64,000 nucleotides of DNA from an uncultured Methanomicrobiales archaeon (GCA_963758915.1 CAVWXH010000009.1:192001-256000), one strand, 5' to 3'; numbered from the stretch's first letter, positions 53,805 through 64,000 are shown. The notes: generated from the sequence alone by a model not told the origin. Numbers and translations are program-made.

Positions 53805-56800
53805 TCAGGCCACACTCCCTTTTTCCTTAAACATCACGACCTCGCGGTGGCTCTCACCGGGTTTTACATTGACTTCGATCGTCCGGGTTTCACCATTACG
53901 ACGCACAGTTACCTGGTGTATACCGAGTGAAAGGTGTTTGAAGGTATACGGTGTGATTTCTCCTGTCACAATCCCGTCAATCAGGATATCGGCCGCAGGG
54001 GGCAGCTTTCAAGGGTAACCGGGCCGCTGGCATACGTATCCAGGATAAATGATACAGGTTTGCGGACAACTGGACTATCGGTGATCGGTATCTCCGTGAT
54101 GGTTTCTCCGGGAATATATCCCGGCAGGGTGACAATTATCCGGTGCAGCCCTGTTGAAAGGTTCGGAATAACCGCAGGGGTAGTATACCCCGACCACAGG
54201 CCATCAACAAATATTTCACCACCGGGCGGTGAAGATTCTACCGGTAATTTGTAGAGGGGGGGGCTTGAAACCGGAACCGCAATACTGTTTTCGTCCGAGG
54301 TAATAGCAAACGGCCTGTATGAAAGGTACGCCCCTTCACGAATAACCGTAAAGAAATCATCAGGTCCGGTACATTCAATTTCAGCCGGGGTCTTCCTGAT
54401 CGGATAATACCCGTTTACCGTGAATGAATACGAGGTATTATCAGGGGAATTAATCCGGATTTTTCTCGGAATATTGCCCGAGATCAGGTTAAAATCAGCA
54501 GTAGTGACCGCATCAGCATATACCCAGACCCGGAGGGATCGTGATACAGTGGTCTTGTCCATCTCTGATGTCTGTCTCACTTCGACAATGTGAATGCCTT
54601 CTTTCAGCCCGTACACTACGGCAGGAAGGACCGCCTCAATTTTTTTCGTATCCACCCTGAGCTCTGCATCGGCCGGGTACGAGGTGATGTAAATACCCCC
54701 GCTGTGTGAGGCTGGTTTGCGTTGCAATGTTGTTCCGGGGTTATTTACCACATTTGGCTCCTTTTTTACTGCAATCACCGGGGATTCTGTTGGGTACCCT
54801 GTTACCGGAACCGGAGTTATTAACGCAGAATTTTCCACCGGGAAAGAATCATCGCCCGTGGGAAATTCTCCTCGTAATGGATCTGCATGAGGGATCGATT
54901 CCGTTGAGTTATCGGAGTGGGCGTCTTCAATAATTACATCATTAACTGAATTCCGGTCAAGGGGAACCATGTCGCCAACAAGGGAGAATAGAAACACGAA
55001 TACCCGGTCGAGCGTATCAAAACCCCACGAAGAAAATTCCTTCGAGGTGGGTCCAGGTATTTTTTTCACCGGAACCGGCCCCGGGGTATTCCGGACAGGA
55101 GTAGTGCTTACAACAGGGTTTGTTTTTCCTTGAGAACTGCTCACGTTTTCAGACTTCCCCGGTACCGTAGTATTGACTGAAGTCTGGGCCGGTACAGGTT
55201 TTTTCACCTGTCCATTCATAGTAAAAATCGCTATCCGGGTCTCACCATAGAGTACTGATGATTCATTGAGTATTGCCTGGATTGATGTATGCACTTGTGA
55301 TCCTGCCTGGGGAGCAGGAAATGATATGGCAGCGGTCCGGACAGGACTTTTCGGGTCTGTAAATGTTCCGGGAAATGTCTCACCATTTATTGCTGCAAGG
55401 TAACGGGACTGGGTATCATACACCATACTGGTACTGATAAATTGGAGGTCTGCGTGAGAAAATGCGGATCCTGATGGTTCAAGGTAGAATTCAGCGGTCG
55501 TCTCCGCATCGTTGTTTTCCCTGCCGGGCGGTGCAGAAATCACATCTGCCCCTTCGTGGAGCCAGTACGAGATAGTGGGTCCATTTTCATTTCGGGAAAC
55601 TACAACAAGCGCCGCACCTTCAAGTATACATGAAGTTCCAGGTGAGTTGTCCATGATAAGTTTTATTGTCTGCCCCGGTTTGGTAGAATTCGGCAGGATA
55701 AAGCAACTCGTTGTTACTAAACCGGATGTTGCATTCAGGCCATGGTCCCTGTATACACGGTCTGGGTTGATCGACGTTGTTCCCTGCACCACGATGAAAG
55801 ATGGATCGGCTCCTGCTGCCCGGGTTATATCATAACCCGCTGATGAAAATACATAGAGCCGGATACATGTGATGTCCCCGGTCGTTGCCAGTAACGGGAG
55901 GGAAAATGTCTGTTCACCCCCACCTTTTACCGGTCCTTCCAATACCTTAACAGGCATTATCGAGATATTGCCACGGATATTCTCATGCCTGTAAAGGTCA
56001 AGTGTGGACCCCTCTGTGCCATATACGGTATTCTTATCTGATCCTAAACCATCAGATCCAGCTTCAGCTCCGCTTGCAGGGCCGGGAGACGTCTTTTGCA
56101 ATGTAAAATCTGCAACGGATACCTGGTTAACAATCACATCAACCACCAGCGATTCTGGGATCTCGTATTCCTGTTTTTGTACATTCACAACATGTGGACC
56201 CAAAGAAACACCCGTAATCTCCGCGGGAGTGAGCTTGCCGGTGTCCTCGTCATCAACGAGTATCGTTGCGCCAGCCGGCTCTGATGTAACACGGATCGTT
56301 CCCGATGGTTCTTCCTGGCTGAAAATTAAGAATTTCTCCCAAAGACTGGACGGAGACCCCGGTGGTGGTGGGATATTTTTCATTCCCGTTATAATAGTAA
56401 TACCAGTATTTTTCGGCAGCACTTTCATGCCAGTCCCAGGCCCCCATCGCATGAATCCCCCACGGGTTGACCGAAGTATCGGCAAGGAAGACGAGGCGCA
56501 TCCCGTCATTGTACGAAGGAACATATCCCTTATCTGCCCGATACCATGCGATGACCATCGGTCCCTGCCGTGAAGGGGGCTCATACACATTTTCGTAGGC
56601 AAAAGTTTTAGAAAACCCATCTGTTGCTGTCAGTTTCAGTTCATCACCCGAAACCATACCCCCGACAAGGTTGCAGAGATCCCTGACATCGGTACCTTTT
56701 ATTGCACCCATGTCCTTCTCCTGGACATTGGTATCTTCCGCTATGTTCCACCGGTCTTCAGGCCTATCCACAAATACCGGCCCCTGGAGATAGTAATGAG

Positions 56801-56996
56801 TTATCCCATCACCTTTCACAGGCAGGTTTTGCTCCATCCAGCGGTAATCAATCCTTGTCTCGTTGAGGACCGTTGACCCGTCAACCGCATATTTTACGAT
56901 ATGGAGCTCCGTAGACGCGCCGGAAACGGTAATAGTCCCAAATGACAGCAGGAAAAGACATGTGAACGAAAGAAAAAACCACTGGTTGTGCTTCAT
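53805..56996 (-). CDS. Secreted protein: A domain + PEGA repeats + DUF3344-like domain (frameshifts near 56326 and 54000)
   Basis: ORF 56253-56996 (A domain) joins 53981-56620 (VTSEPAGATILVD, ITSYPADAELRVD, ESSPPGGEIFVDG PEGA; SYWLHEGAD); last PEGA continues to TGA at 53805. Confidence 0.72.
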
Positions 56997-57097
56997 GACA
57001 TGGACCCAAACCTGCGGGATCAGAGAATGATCCCGATACCTGCTAGGTACTCAGGGATTGCAATAAAAGAATATTATCTTTTAATGTCGTAAGTTAA

Positions 57098-58198
57098 TCA
57101 CATTAATTTAATTTCATTATCCGGAGCCGGTGCAACTGGCAGTACGAGCACGTGGTCTCTGGAGAATGACAACCGGACCGCATCGCCATTCTGAAATACA
57201 GGTTGCTCCTTGGTTTTTCTTGGAATCGTAACGCTCATTGGCAGAGGTCCTTCGACAGAGAGAGTACAGGTATAATCAGTGATTATCTGCGAGGCAACGG
57301 TCCCCTCAATAATATTATCCTGGTCTTCCGGGACCCGGCCATTTTTATGGATAGCAATATCCCCGGCCCGGATGCAAACCACCACCCTGCTACCAGGGGG
57401 AAATATTTCCTCTGCGGTAATGGTTACCCCATGGACTTCGATAGAACTCATTCCAACGGTCTTTGCGTGGACAATTCCCTCAAAAATATTTTCAGTCCCG
57501 GCAATCACCGCGGCTCTCAGTGTTTTGGGATGTGAAAAAACATCAGTGGGACGACCGGTCTGAACGATAGAACCGTTGTCGATGAGTGCCACTTCATCTG
57601 CCAGGGAGTATACTTCATCCCGTGAATGGCTTACCTGGAGGATCGTAAGACCCTGGTCACGATGAAGGTCCCTCAGTCCCTGCATGCACTCCTCGCGGGA
57701 AACAGGGTCCAGGGCCGCAAAGGGCTCATCCAGGAGCAGTACAGTCGGATCTATTGCCAGGGCCCTGGCAAGGGCCACCCGTTGTTTTTCACCGCCACTT
57801 AACGTCGTGGGGAACCGGTCAGCCAGGTGGGATATCCCGAACTGTTGCAGCAACCCGCAGACTTTTTTATCCTGATCAGAGGGAGATTTTCCCTGCATTT
57901 TCATACCAAATGCGACATTCTTAGTAACCGTGTAGTGGGGAAACAGGGAATAGTCCTGGTAGACAAACCCGATGTTTCGTTCTTCCGCACGGGCACCGGT
58001 GATATCACTACCATCCAGGAGTACCCGCCCTGAACCAGGGACCTTCAGGCCTGCAATAATCTCGAGGATAAGGGTTTTTCCCGCACCGGACGGCCCCATC
58101 AGGAAATAATACCTGCCTGATGTAACATCGAGGTTGATGTCATTGAGACTGAATACACCCCTTTGTAACGAGATATGTTCAAGCCCGATCATCAACAT
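57098..58198 (-). CDS. wtpC: Tungstate/molybdate ABC transporter ATP-binding subunit
   Basis: GPSGAGKT, LSGGEKQRVALARAL, LLLDEPF; C-terminal TOBE-like region. Confidence 0.85.
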   Translation of the reverse strand: MLMIGLEHISLQRGVFSLNDINLDVTSGRYYFLMGPSGAGKTLILEIIAGLKVPGSGRVLLDGSDITGARAEERNIGFVYQDYSLFPHYTVTKNVAFGMKMQGKSPSDQDKKVCGLLQQFGISHLADRFPTTLSGGEKQRVALARALAIDPTVLLLDEPFAALDPVSREECMQGLRDLHRDQGLTILQVSHSRDEVYSLADEVALIDNGSIVQTGRPTDVFSHPKTLRAAVIAGTENIFEGIVHAKTVGMSSIEVHGVTITAEEIFPPGSRVVVCIRAGDIAIHKNGRVPEDQDNIIEGTVASQIITDYTCTLSVEGPLPMSVTIPRKTKEQPVFQNGDAVRLSFSRDHVLVLPVAPAPDNEIKLM

Positions 58199-59006
58199 CC
58201 CCCTTTTTCTTCAGCAGTACCCTGAACAGGACGAATATTATCCCGCATATCACAATCATTACCAGTGCAACGCTCATGGCCTCCGAAAGCCCTCCGGAAG
58301 CGAACCGGTAATAAATCAACGTCGATATTACCATCGGGAAGTAGGCAATCATGATGACAGCGGCAAATTCCCCGATCGCCCTTCCCCACGCGAGCAACGC
58401 CCCGTAAGAGATATGGCGGGTGGACAGCGGGAGGACTATATGCCAGAATGCACGGAACCGTGAGGCACCAAGCGTTCTTGCGACATTCTCCAGCCGGACC
58501 GGGACCGTTTCAAATCCCTCGCGGACGGTGTTGACATAATAGGGAATTGCGACAAATACCATCGCGACCACTATTCCGGGATAGGCATCTTCGAATACGA
58601 TTCCTACGTTACCAAGCGGTGCTCCTATTATTCCCTGCGACATGAAGAGAAGATAGACCATGAGGCCTGCGACGGTATGCGGGAGGATCAGCGGTAAATC
58701 GATGATACTTTCAACCAGACCTTTACCCGGGAATGTACTTCTTGAGAGTGCGTAGGCGAGAGGGGTCCCGAACAGGATTAGAATTACCACGGCATTCAAC
58801 CCTGCAACCATAGTAATCCCCAGGGTGAGAAGAACAGAGGGATCGGTTACAACCCCTGCAAGATGAGCAGGGTTTGATAATTCAGGGATTGCAATGGAGA
58901 GGATGGCGAGGACAATGAACAGTACAAGGAGCCCGCCGATTAACCAGAAACCAAGGATACTCCTGTCAAAGACACCTCGTTTCACGTTCAGGGGTGCTTT
59001 CTGCAT
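58179..59006 (-). CDS. wtpB: Tungstate/molybdate ABC transporter permease
   Basis: DLPLILPHTVAG, LENVARTLGAS, WGRAIGEF, IAYFP. Confidence 0.88.
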   Translation of the reverse strand: MQKAPLNVKRGVFDRSILGFWLIGGLLVLFIVLAILSIAIPELSNPAHLAGVVTDPSVLLTLGITMVAGLNAVVILILFGTPLAYALSRSTFPGKGLVESIIDLPLILPHTVAGLMVYLLFMSQGIIGAPLGNVGIVFEDAYPGIVVAMVFVAIPYYVNTVREGFETVPVRLENVARTLGASRFRAFWHIVLPLSTRHISYGALLAWGRAIGEFAAVIMIAYFPMVISTLIYYRFASGGLSEAMSVALVMIVICGIIFVLFRVLLKKKGDVDDRA

Positions 59007-59010
59007 GGGG

Positions 59011-60039
59011 CTACTCCCGGATGATTTCTGTCTTGTTTAACGGGGCTGGCCATCCCGGTCTCCCCTTCCGGGCTTCACTCGCGATGTAGTCCACAAATTC
59101 CTTCGCAATTTCCGGGTGGGAAGCACTATAGGGTATCGTGACTGCGTAGACAATCGGTACTCCTACCCGCTCGGTTCCAATCGAGCTGAACCGCTGGAAC
59201 CCGAGAATAACAGTTACATTGCGATAGTTTCTGGCATACTCAGGTGATCCAAGATGGATGGATGACGGAAGACGTATCCACCGGAGGTTCTTCCCTTCCG
59301 CCACGCTGCGGTATTCGAAGGCATAATCGATACCTCCAGTCTCCAGAAGAGAAAGGAGGAAGATACTCCCGTCCCGGACAACCACGTGATCATCCGAAGG
59401 TTTCACAATCTCGGGGAGTATAATTGTCGTAACCTGGCCAACGGTCGTGACCGGTAGCGGTGGATCAAAATGGTCACCGATAAGAGTCCCGAATAGTTTA
59501 CTGGTGTGGTATTCGTTTTCTGCCAGCTTTGCGACCATCAATGCGCGATACCCGGCGGCGTCAAGCATCGGGTTTGATAGTCCCACCTTCACATCAGGCC
59601 GTGAGAGGACCACGTACCAGTTTTCCTCCGTAATTTCACTTGCATACCTGCTCTTGTTGGTGAAGGCGATGACCATCTCGTTTCCACCAAACGGCAGGTA
59701 CCAGTCGGTGTAGTTGCGTCCGTCCCCCCCGGCTTTCCTGTACATCAGGTCCGGTATCAGGGACTCATCCGCTACGGCAATCACGTCCCCTGGGCGGTGC
59801 AGGTCCGTAACCTGCCGGATGACCTGGATACTCCCATGCGGTTCCAGCTGGACATCGACATCGGGGTGAAGGGCTTCAAATTCTTTCTCGGCCTCCCCGA
59901 ACGGGATGACAAGGCTCCCGGCACAATAGACTTTCAGGGGGACCTTCTCCTTCGCCGTCCCGGTACACCCTGCCGTCCATGTAACAAGAACGACGATAAT
60001 TGCGAGGATAAGGATCCAGGACATGGATAACGCCTTCAT
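59011..60039 (-). CDS. wtpA: Tungstate/molybdate ABC transporter substrate-binding lipoprotein
   Basis: AGC lipobox; AGSL, HGS, SNPMLDAAGYRA, DYAFEYRSVA, IVYAVTIP. Confidence 0.9.
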   Translation of the reverse strand: MKALSMSWILILAIIVVLVTWTAGCTGTAKEKVPLKVYCAGSLVIPFGEAEKEFEALHPDVDVQLEPHGSIQVIRQVTDLHRPGDVIAVADESLIPDLMYRKAGGDGRNYTDWYLPFGGNEMVIAFTNKSRYASEITEENWYVVLSRPDVKVGLSNPMLDAAGYRALMVAKLAENEYHTSKLFGTLIGDHFDPPLPVTTVGQVTTIILPEIVKPSDDHVVVRDGSIFLLSLLETGGIDYAFEYRSVAEGKNLRWIRLPSSIHLGSPEYARNYRNVTVILGFQRFSSIGTERVGVPIVYAVTIPYSASHPEIAKEFVDYIASEARKGRPGWPAPLNKTEIIRE

Positions 60040-60623
60040 TTCCGGTGGACTTCGATTCGGTCTACCCATTTGACCCAGGCACTTCCTTCTGTGACGATCC
60101 CAGGCGAGTCCGAAACGATTGCGACCCTCGCCGGCCCCCCGTCGTTGTATGTGACGGGTTTTCCATCCTGCTCGTACATGAGGATGACCTTCAGCGGCGG
60201 GGACGGGACTTCACGGAGTGACTCGTTGAACGTAACAAACCCTTTTCCGTTGAGTTGTCCCGCATCGAAGACCCAGAGGTACCCATCTGGTGCATACACC
60301 CATACCTGGTCTTTTTCACCGATCCCGCCAACAAGTGCCGCAAGATCACGGAGGTCCACACCTTTACAGGTATAGGGTCCGAACCGGATCCCGGTTGTGG
60401 AGACGGCGTACCCATTGGCCGTGACTGCTGGGAGTGCCTGAAGATCTGAAAGTGTCAGCACTTTTTCAGTCGTGCCATTGAGGGTGAGATGCCAGTTGCT
60501 GATTGAGGGATCTTCTGCCGGTATGGATTTGCCGATAGCGTTTCCGGTACACCCTGACGTAAGGACAAGGCCCATGCAAAGGCAGGCGATCACGAGGAAA
60601 CCCAGGATCTTCTGTCCGGGCAT
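60036..60623 (-). CDS. Lipoprotein with a molybdopterin-oxidoreductase (sulfite-oxidase Moco-fold)-like domain
   Basis: SGC lipobox; LTLSDLQALP...KGVDLRDL...APDGY...LMYEQDGKP...GGPARV...WVKWVDRIEV. Confidence 0.75.
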   Translation of the reverse strand: MPGQKILGFLVIACLCMGLVLTSGCTGNAIGKSIPAEDPSISNWHLTLNGTTEKVLTLSDLQALPAVTANGYAVSTTGIRFGPYTCKGVDLRDLAALVGGIGEKDQVWVYAPDGYLWVFDAGQLNGKGFVTFNESLREVPSPPLKVILMYEQDGKPVTYNDGGPARVAIVSDSPGIVTEGSAWVKWVDRIEVHRK

Positions 60624-61543
60624 CAGAATCTCCTCCTCATGAACAGGATGCCGGTAATAATGAGAGCCGACGGGACGAGCAGGAGGGAGGAGGGGCTTTT
60701 ATTCGTTGGGGGGGCAGGATATGTTTCGTCCATTTTCGAACTAAACGATTTTGGCAGGAGATCTGTTGAACCTTGATAACCCCCTTTGTATACCCGGACT
60801 TCATCCACCCACTTGACGGTATACCCGCTTGTCGAAGGATAGAGATTTTCGAACAGGTGAATTGATTCGGGCGGCATTACTGCACGCATGTCCTGGTTGC
60901 CGAACACATGTTTCCTGCCCGGGTTTGTTGAATTATCGGCAAAGAACACGAGTCGCATCCCTACATAATAGTCTGGAGGGTACCCGGTTCCCTGCCGTTC
61001 CCCTATCGTCGATTCATTACCGTTGAACCAGGTGACGGTGACAGGACCCTGCCGGGGTTCCGGTTGGTAAATGTTTTGGTAATCAAGTTCCACATGGTAA
61101 CCGTCACCGGATTTTATCATAACCTGGTCTCCGGGGGCCATTCCCCCGACCAGGTCACAGAGGTCTTTTACCGCTGTCCCTTTGACTGCCCCCATATCCT
61201 TGAAATTCGTAGTCTCGTTGGTATCCCATTGTGCTTCCTTTGATTCTACAAAGACCGGGCCCTGGTGATAGTAATGGGTGACCCCGTCACCCTGCACAGG
61301 GAGGTGGGACTCCATCCACCGGGTACTGACCGTCGTCTCATTGACGACCATCGTCCCGTTATCCGCCATTTTTATTACATGGAGCGAAGAGGTCGGTTCA
61401 CCCGCAACCGGGAATACGAGGATTGCGATTCCAGCGAGGAGAATCAGCAATAGGAGGACCCCGGTCCCATTACATCTCCCATGCAGGGAAATCGAACGAT
61501 TCCGGACGATATTTGCAGGTAATTGTAGTGATCTATGAGGCAT
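60623..61543 (-). CDS. Secreted A-domain protein with C-terminal sorting/TM anchor
   Basis: LHVIKMADNG...WMESHLPVQGDGVTHYYHQGPVF...KDMGAVKGTAVKDLCDLVGGM; tail KSP + hydrophobic helix + RRR. Confidence 0.8.
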   Translation of the reverse strand: MPHRSLQLPANIVRNRSISLHGRCNGTGVLLLLILLAGIAILVFPVAGEPTSSLHVIKMADNGTMVVNETTVSTRWMESHLPVQGDGVTHYYHQGPVFVESKEAQWDTNETTNFKDMGAVKGTAVKDLCDLVGGMAPGDQVMIKSGDGYHVELDYQNIYQPEPRQGPVTVTWFNGNESTIGERQGTGYPPDYYVGMRLVFFADNSTNPGRKHVFGNQDMRAVMPPESIHLFENLYPSTSGYTVKWVDEVRVYKGGYQGSTDLLPKSFSSKMDETYPAPPTNKSPSSLLLVPSALIITGILFMRRRF

Positions 61544-61544
61544 G

Positions 61545-62414
61545 TTATCGTCTCCCCGATGCGAAAAACAGGGTAATCCCAAGTGCGGCCAGGACGAGAG
61601 GCAATCCAAAACCGGGAGCCTTTCCCGGTGTACCATGACTTGTCGCGGCTGGTTGTGAGGGTTGCCCCGCCTGGTAAATCGTTACCTCTGAAATAGACTG
61701 TACTGAAAGACCGGTTGTGGTCGGGTACTGCTCATTTCCCTGTGTGTAATAGTACCAGTATTCCGGGGAAGCAGAATCATGCCAGTCCTGGTTCCCAAAA
61801 GCGTGAAGTCCCCATGGATTGGTGGAAGTGTCAGCCAAAAAAACGAGACGCATTCCGGTGGTATAGTTTGGTACATATCCTTCGTCTGACCGGTACCAGG
61901 TAAGGACCATCGGGCCCTGTGATGATGAGTAATTATAGACATTCTCATAGGCAAATGTACGAGAAAACCCATCAGATGCTTTTAGCCGCAGGGTATCCCC
62001 CTGGCCCATTCCCCCGATGAGCTCGCAGAGGTCCCTGATATCGGTCCCTTTTACTGCACCCATATCCTTTTCTTTGACGTTTTTATTCTCTTCGGGGTTC
62101 CAGCGCAGGACTTCCTCAACAGCAGGGTCTGCATTATCAACGAACACCGGCCCCTGGTGATAATAGTGGACGACACCATCTCCCTGTACGGGCAGGTTCT
62201 GTTCCATCCAGAGGTAATCCAGGTTTTTTTCGGCAAGGACGGTCTTTCCATCAGCTCCTATTTTCTGGAGATGGAGGCTTGTGGTTGAAGCGGACACCCC
62301 TTGTGTGATCAGTAAAAATACGACGAGAAAGACCAGGGCGTGAGTATAGTTCCTACCGGACCTTACTATGAAAAAATTATCGTTTTGAGAAGATTTTGTA
62401 ATTTGGACTAGCAC
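61545..62414 (-). CDS. Secreted A-domain protein with PGF-CTERM archaeosortase signal
   Basis: Same A domain; tail KAPGFGLPLVLAALGITLFFASGRR; GGAGGT upstream of the GTG. Confidence 0.8.
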   Translation of the reverse strand: MLVQITKSSQNDNFFIVRSGRNYTHALVFLVVFLLITQGVSASTTSLHLQKIGADGKTVLAEKNLDYLWMEQNLPVQGDGVVHYYHQGPVFVDNADPAVEEVLRWNPEENKNVKEKDMGAVKGTDIRDLCELIGGMGQGDTLRLKASDGFSRTFAYENVYNYSSSQGPMVLTWYRSDEGYVPNYTTGMRLVFLADTSTNPWGLHAFGNQDWHDSASPEYWYYYTQGNEQYPTTTGLSVQSISEVTIYQAGQPSQPAATSHGTPGKAPGFGLPLVLAALGITLFFASGRR

Positions 62415-62479
62415 AGTATTATTAGACCTCCATGGATTGAGTGGAAGGGTATGTGCTGTACGATCTCACAGGTACTTTG

Positions 62480-62535
62480 AAAAATATTGCTATTTTATTT
62501 TATTATTTAATCAGATTAAGTTAATTTAGTTAATT
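62480..62535 (-). promoter_or_regulatory. Putative promoter/operator of the A-domain/wtp operon
   Basis: AAAAATATTG plus GTTAATTTAGTTAATT, matching 51175-51219. Confidence 0.4.
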
Positions 62536-62689
62536 TCAACTAATTCCACTCACCTGGGTATTTCAGTCAACCCTTAAGGTGGTCATGGACTTTGGGTGGA
62601 CGGAAAAGACTGACTGACGGGGATGAAGTCAGTGAGACTAGGGGCCTGAACGAAGGGAATCTGCCAGCAACCGCCTTGTCTCTAGTTCA

Positions 62690-64000
62690 TCACCACCCGA
62701 GGAACAGGGTCTTTGTCCTGGTGTACCCCTCTAATGCCCTGTAACCATTTTCCCGTCCGGTCCCGCTTTCCTTTGTCCCTCCAAATGGAATTTCCGGCGG
62801 TACCGTCAGATGGCGGTTTACCCAGACAATACCGGCGTGCACATCCTGGAAGACCTTCCTTACGGTTGCAAGGTCACTTGTCCACACCGAGGCCCCAAGC
62901 CCATAGGGGCTGCGGTTCGCCTGTGAAATGGCAGTATCGAGGTCAGAAAACACCACGACAGGGAGGACAGGGCCAAATATCTCCCCGGTTAACAGGGACG
63001 AGTCCTCTGCAACGTCCCCAACCAGGGTTGGTTCAAAGAAATACCCGTTATCATACCCCGCACCCGTTAGCGGACTTCCACCGGTGAGAATAGTACCTTC
63101 CGCGTTCTCCTTTACAGATTTCATAATCCCTGACAGGGTATCATACTGCTGCCGGTTGTTCAGGGGACCCATTTCCACCTGGGGATCAAGCCCGTTCCCC
63201 ACATGAAGCGATTCAACACGCCCTTTTAACTGGCGGATAAATGATTCGGCAATATCCCTGTGCACGAAAAGACGTTTTACCGCGGTGCATACCTGTCCTG
63301 CATTGTAGAAACGTCCCCGTAATGCACCCTCAACCGCTTTCGGCACATTGGCATCATTCATGACGATCATCGGGTCAGATCCGCCAAGTTCCAGGAGCAG
63401 GTCTTTGTTATGTGACCCTGCAAGTTCCCTGATGCGGCACCCGGTCGCACAACTGCCGGTGAACGAGACTTTTTGTATCGATGGATGGGTAATGATCGCT
63501 TCACCGGCAGAACCACCACTTCCTGTCACTATATTCAATACCCCGGGTGGGAGTCCTGCTTCCTCAAGGATTTTAGAGAGTGCGAGGACTGTCAGGGGGG
63601 CCGTAGAGGAAGGTTTCATGACCATGGTATTTCCGGCGAGTAATGCCGGAGCAGTCTTCCAGCCCATAATGAGGACGGGCATGTTCCAGGGGATGACAGC
63701 CCCGCAAACCCCAAGGGGCTCATTCATTACCATGCAGTCGCCCTGGCTGCCCAGGCGTACTGCCTCTCCCGCAGGCTGCGATGAGAGCCCGGCGTAAAAT
63801 TCAAGGATATTACAAAAGCCCCTGACCTCATCGGTGGCCTCACGGAGAGGTTTTCCCTGTTCCATGGTAAGAAGTCGTGCGAAGCGCTTATGATCATCCC
63901 TGACCATTGTTGCTGCGCGGAAAAGAAGGGCTCCACGTTCCCGCATGGTTTTTTCTGACCATTTCAGAAAGGCTGATTCTGCAGAATCAACTGCCACATT
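62690..64000 (-). CDS. NAD(P)-dependent aldehyde dehydrogenase (5' end beyond the window edge)
   Basis: IPWN, KPSSTAP, FTGS, LELGGSDP, GQVCTA, EIFGP, PFGG.KESG.GRE. Confidence 0.93.
   Translation of the reverse strand, partial: NVAVDSAESAFLKWSEKTMRERGALLFRAATMVRDDHKRFARLLTMEQGKPLREATDEVRGFCNILEFYAGLSSQPAGEAVRLGSQGDCMVMNEPLGVCGAVIPWNMPVLIMGWKTAPALLAGNTMVMKPSSTAPLTVLALSKILEEAGLPPGVLNIVTGSGGSAGEAIITHPSIQKVSFTGSCATGCRIRELAGSHNKDLLLELGGSDPMIVMNDANVPKAVEGALRGRFYNAGQVCTAVKRLFVHRDIAESFIRQLKGRVESLHVGNGLDPQVEMGPLNNRQQYDTLSGIMKSVKENAEGTILTGGSPLTGAGYDNGYFFEPTLVGDVAEDSSLLTGEIFGPVLPVVVFSDLDTAISQANRSPYGLGASVWTSDLATVRKVFQDVHAGIVWVNRHLTVPPEIPFGGTKESGTGRENGYRALEGYTRTKTLFLGW

Noticed and set aside
62415-62690. 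Moco/Tuco riboswitch upstream of the tungstate operon
   Set aside because: The putative leader appears too short and I could not recognise the consensus; an Rfam scan would be decisive.

Overview
Archaeal genomic window, most consistent with a Methanomicrobiales methanogen (Methanoregula/Methanolinea-like; inferred from radA, an archaeal histone, fen, PSH, PGF-CTERM proteins and protein style). Bases 1-20 kb are mostly intact housekeeping genes: dapL-lysA-RPA-radA, histone, NOG1, PSH, fen, hisC, argD, GMP synthase B and pyrG. A structured intergenic repeat/MITE-like family is dispersed between about 9.9 and 31.2 kb. At 20-31 kb lie a GT2-TPR-BrxD/DUF2791 ATPase trio, a CHASE4 kinase with a degenerate H-box, and two head-to-head hisD paralogs. 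Bases 31.8-62.4 kb form an accessory oxyanion region. It holds a split YedE + DsrE/F/H-like + TusA-like sulfur/selenium cluster and an extended arsenic cluster containing a soluble MtrA-like corrinoid protein. The most striking part is an ~18 kb cell-surface cluster around a WtpABC tungstate/molybdate transporter. It encodes about 11 extracellular domains resembling the sulfite-oxidase Moco-binding fold, several on a giant cohesin/dockerin protein with a membrane-anchored cohesin partner. Many genes beyond 29 kb carry single-base frameshifts that look like sequencing errors. No rRNA, tRNA or CRISPR array was recognised. All family calls are from motif recognition by eye; no searches were run.
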